From positions 65,038,001 through 65,102,000 of the forward strand of contig OZ320322.1 in NCBI GenBank assembly GCA_976226885.1: a stretch of 64,000 nucleotides of DNA, written 5' to 3'. Made by a program: the position numbers and the translations under genes. The notes under the pieces are model-generated. The model saw only the letters and a program-made list of their open reading frames with translations. It was not told the origin of the DNA and made no database searches. Of the stretch, positions 60,415 through 64,000 are shown one piece after another (position 1 is the first letter of the stretch; each line of letters begins with the position of its first letter). This DNA is from Iphione sp. A-MEVVRFRX5 (Eukaryota).

Positions 60415-60711
60415 AATTTTTAACAATTTAATATTCAACATACCGATCGATTTTTTAATTGCAAATGGTAATTCAATTTTTAACCAGTCACATTCAAAGT
60501 ACATATTTACTGCTGATTGTTACTTGAAACTTCCTGGATACACCTAGCTACCGATGCCTATAAAAGGCAGCGCTTTGATTGTTTGTTGTCATTTGAACCG
60601 TATCCCTGAAGAAGGGTGGATCACACCCGAAAGCTTGGAACTTAATATTTTGACTGTTCTCTGAATACAAAGATCGTTCCGAAACAGCGTGTTGGTTTTT
60701 ATTTACTAAGA
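60415..60711 (+). repeat. PLE 3' pseudo-LTR
   Basis: Direct repeat of 50827-51098; includes cctataaaagg. Confidence 0.93.
60600..60641 (+). ncRNA. Minimal type I hammerhead ribozyme-like motif
   Basis: gtatcc-CTGAAGA-a-GGGTG gatca CACCC-GAAA-gctt-ggaac: core boxes, stem II and a palindromic AAGCTT in place of stem III. Confidence 0.6.
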
Positions 60712-62479
60712 CAATATACATCAATTAGCATCTTCATTATAATTTCTAAATATATGCATAAATGAAATGAATAATATATATTCCTAAAATCACAGTATGA
60801 TGAAATGAGACTTTTATGCCCAGAACTACTTTCAGGAAATGTTAGATATATTTATAATATATATATAGTGTATAAAACTACCACATGAAAAGCCTACCCT
60901 TTTGCAGTGGTTACTGCAGTTGTTGTACCTTGACCCTTGTTATATAAACATTTGACTTACTTTTGAGGCAGATTTCATTTGTAATTACACTACCTATATA
61001 AAACATTGCCTGAAAGTAGTATCGACCATGGGGAGGATGTCTCATCCAGGTGAGATTTGGAAAAAATTACTTTTACCATTTAGGTACATATTCACTTAAG
61101 ACACTGAAAAAAGGAGATATGTGCTTCCTAATTTGTCTTGTGCATGATTTAACTGAAATCAGAGAATTACACCAGACTATTTTTCAGTTAGACGTAAGGA
61201 TATGAGAGGGAGGCTCAGCAAAGTGTGTATGCATGCATGGCAGTCTGTACTTTGAGCCATGTCAGAACCTGGCCACCAACTGACTCGGCGACAGCTCCAT
61301 GTAACAATAACTACACCACACGTAGGTTCTTCTTGTCAGGCCTTTATTGCAGAGCACAGCACAGGTTTCATAGTCGTTCACAAGTGAGTCCCTCTAGAGG
61401 TGTACAACTCCTTACTGATATACACGTTAGTGATGTAAACACTTTATCATAGGTATGCGAAACTCGTATAATCTCAACGGATGTCCTGCAGACAGTACAA
61501 GATTGACTACCCATTGTGTTAGTTCCGACCAGGGGTAGGATCGAATGTTCATTAATGACTACCATGCGTAAATCCTAATCGTCACCTCATTACTAAGATA
61601 AGGAATGGATGTGTACAACTACATGGTGTCACATACGCCAAGAAAAATTTTCAATTGTGTCTTAGTTAAAAGGCCATTCTTACAACTTATATCCATACAC
61701 TTTACGTACACAGTACGCCTGCATACATTTTCTTACTACAAATAGTACTGTGTTACATCCACGTGGCCGCACACTTGATTGGCTCCGTGTGTGTGTGTGC
61801 ATGTGTGTGAGTGCAAGTGCTGAAGGTGCTTGTAAAATATAAAACTGCTATGTACTATCACTTTTCCTTGAGCATAGACTTTTCTATGTGGATTCTTATA
61901 TTCAATGGAGGTCATATCAGCGATGTCAATGCCTGGTGTGTAGCGGATGATCTGATTTCCATTAAGGAGCCGGGTGTGGAGTGTTGGAGGTGGGAGGAGC
62001 CTATTCTTTAATGTCTGAGCCGGCTCCTTGCCTGTTACATCAGTTTTTGCTATGACAGGAAGGCCTATGGAGAATCCTATGTTAAACTGAGAAACGTGTT
62101 CACTTTGATGTTTGAGGGCTGACTGGGAGGGAATGACCCCCCTGGCTGCTCAGAGCTGGAGGGAAGCAGGTGGCAGTGTCAATCACCCTGTACTGATGGC
62201 TATCTGTCTTCCCCAACCTCTAACAGACCCCTGTAGCCAGGAAGCGCACCCTGGGCCGTCTTGGCCGTCACATGACCTCTCCTACCGGTGCTAGGTCGCC
62301 TCCCGCCGTGCTAGGCTGCATCCCGCAATGCTAGACCGCCCCCATCCACACTACCCTATTACATAACGTGGAGTAGTTCCCTGGGCTGCCTCAGCTGCCA
62401 CAGGACCTCTCCCAGCCGCCCCAGGCTGCTCTCCGCTGTGAGAAGTCCTCGCCCAGCACTACCAACACCCTCTGACTCC

Positions 62480-63460
62480 AGCCGCATTTTGTGCAAAAAT
62501 TAGGGAGAAAACCACTGGAGAATGACCAGGATCTCCCTAGAGATATTTTGGTTCAAGTCCAGTCCTTCTATGTGCAATAGTTCCAAAGCTATGACAGTTT
62601 TTCTATTTAACATAAAATTTGTATCAGAACCACTATAGAGTGACCAAGGTCTCCTTAGAAGTATTTTGGTTCATGTCCCGTCCTTGTATGTACAATAGTT
62701 TCCAAGTTATCACAGTTTTTCTCTTATACATTAAAAAAGCATGAGAACCACTATAGAGTGACCAGGGTTTCCCTAGAGGTATTTTGGTTCAAGTCCTGTC
62801 CTTCTATGTGCAATTTTCCAACTTATGGCAGTTTTTCTCTTTAGCTGCCCCTTGACTGGGTCACTCTAGCCTTGCTGCCATCACCTGCGTCATTCTGCAC
62901 GTAGCATTTTGGTTAATGTCCCATCCTGCTATGTGTAATGGTTTCCGACTTATGGCAGTTTTTCTCTTTACCCGCCCTCCTAACTGGGTCACCCTATTGT
63001 GCCCCTATCAACTGCGTCATTCAACCCATAGTATTTTAGTTCAAGTCTTGTTCTTCTATGTACAATAGTTTCTGACTTATGGCAGTTTTTCTCTTTAGCC
63101 GCCCCTTGACTGGGTCAGCCTAATGTGCCCTTATCAACTGCATCATTCGGTGTGCAGCATTTTTGTTCCAGTCTGATCCTTCTATGTGTAATAGTTTCTG
63201 ACTGATTCCAGTTTTTCTCTTTAGCTGCCCCTTGACTGGGTCACCATAGCCTGCCGCTATCACCTGCATCATTCAGTCCGTAGCATTTTGGTTGAAGACC
63301 CTTCTGTTAGGCACAATAGTTTCTGAGTTATCACAGGTTTTCTCTTTACCTTTCTCATGACTGGGTCGAAGTCCTGTCCTTCTATGTGGAATAGTTTCTG
63401 ACTTATGGCAGTTTTTCTCTTTGACACACAGTGGCAAATATCTCAACTCTTGGTACTGTG
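62480..63460. repeat. Degenerate ~120-bp tandem repeat
   Basis: Recurrent ttttggttcaagtcctgtccttctatgtgcaatagttt...cagtttttctcttt...gactgggtcac. Confidence 0.85.
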
Positions 63461-64000
63461 TTACCACATTTAGGCTGGCTTTCAATGTGCAAGTTTTTTT
63501 TTTCCAGGGCATGTGGTAGTCTGGAAAATCAGCCTATTTTCTGAACAACCTTCGATGACCACTTTCCATGTATTTGGGTCATAGAGAGAGAGACAGAGAG
63601 AGAGGTGACAGACAGACAGACAGACAGACAGGTAGACAAAGATAGAGAGCAACCATGAAAATGTGTGTCAGAGACAGAAAAAGGGTGAGAGTGAGATGGA
63701 CAGACATAGGTGCACAGACACAAATAGTGAGACAGAATAAGACCATTTACGACAGGGGCTGAGAAACTGAGAGACAACGTGAGATAAACAGAAACACTGA
63801 GAGTGAGAGCGCGAGAGGGACATGGAAAGACAGTGAGAGTGAGAGCAAGAACGTGTCTAAGTATCGTCCCTGTAGATGGCAAGGGGAGCCTGTGTCCTGT
63901 TTTGGTCCCACTCAGCCATTCACCTGCATGTATCAAACTCACCAGTGAAAACAGTGAGTGTGGAAGTACTGAGAAGGAGAACGAGGAAGAGAGACAGACA

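Larger units (their letters stand above)
50827..60711 (+). mobile_element. Penelope-like retroelement (RT + GIY-YIG) with direct terminal repeats, disrupted by piggyBac
   Basis: Direct repeats 50827-51098 and 60415-60711; RT and GIY-YIG ORF fragments rejoin in frame once 53568-58781 is removed. Confidence 0.93.

Noticed and set aside
60654-60690. Second hammerhead-like motif (CTGAATA...CCGAAAC) in the PLE repeat
   Set aside because: The core lacks the CUGANGA G8 and there is no proper stem II; it is probably just a hairpin.

Overview
Invertebrate animal genomic DNA, dense in minisatellites and transposons. Host genes: (i) the 3' end of an unidentified + strand gene (exons ~1996-2133 and ~3366-4098), with an in-frame TGA followed by a hydrophobic tail; (ii) a GT31 beta-1,3-galactosyltransferase-like gene (18688-20004, +); (iii) a complete 9-exon BMP type II receptor gene (BMPR2/wishful thinking, 30335-44953, -, ~1230 aa) whose introns are largely filled with private tandem repeats; (iv) probable exon 1 of VPS16 (47261-47307, +), divergent from BMPR2. 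Mobile elements: a LINE ORF1 at the left edge; a full-length DIRS1-type tyrosine-recombinase retrotransposon (12181-16995) with ITRs and ICR; a Penelope-like element (50827-60711) with terminal repeats holding hammerhead-like motifs and an extra C2H2 zinc-finger ORF, interrupted by a TTAA-flanked piggyBac (53568-58777); two non-autonomous TIR elements; a tRNA-derived SINE; a decayed LINE RT fragment. Best leads: a textbook -1 frameshift signal plus a phase-compatible intron in the DIRS element (possible Gag / Gag-Pol / Gag-YR expression from one transcript), a second spliced gene inside the piggyBac, and the zinc-finger ORF inside the Penelope-like element. All calls come from manual reading; no database searches were run.
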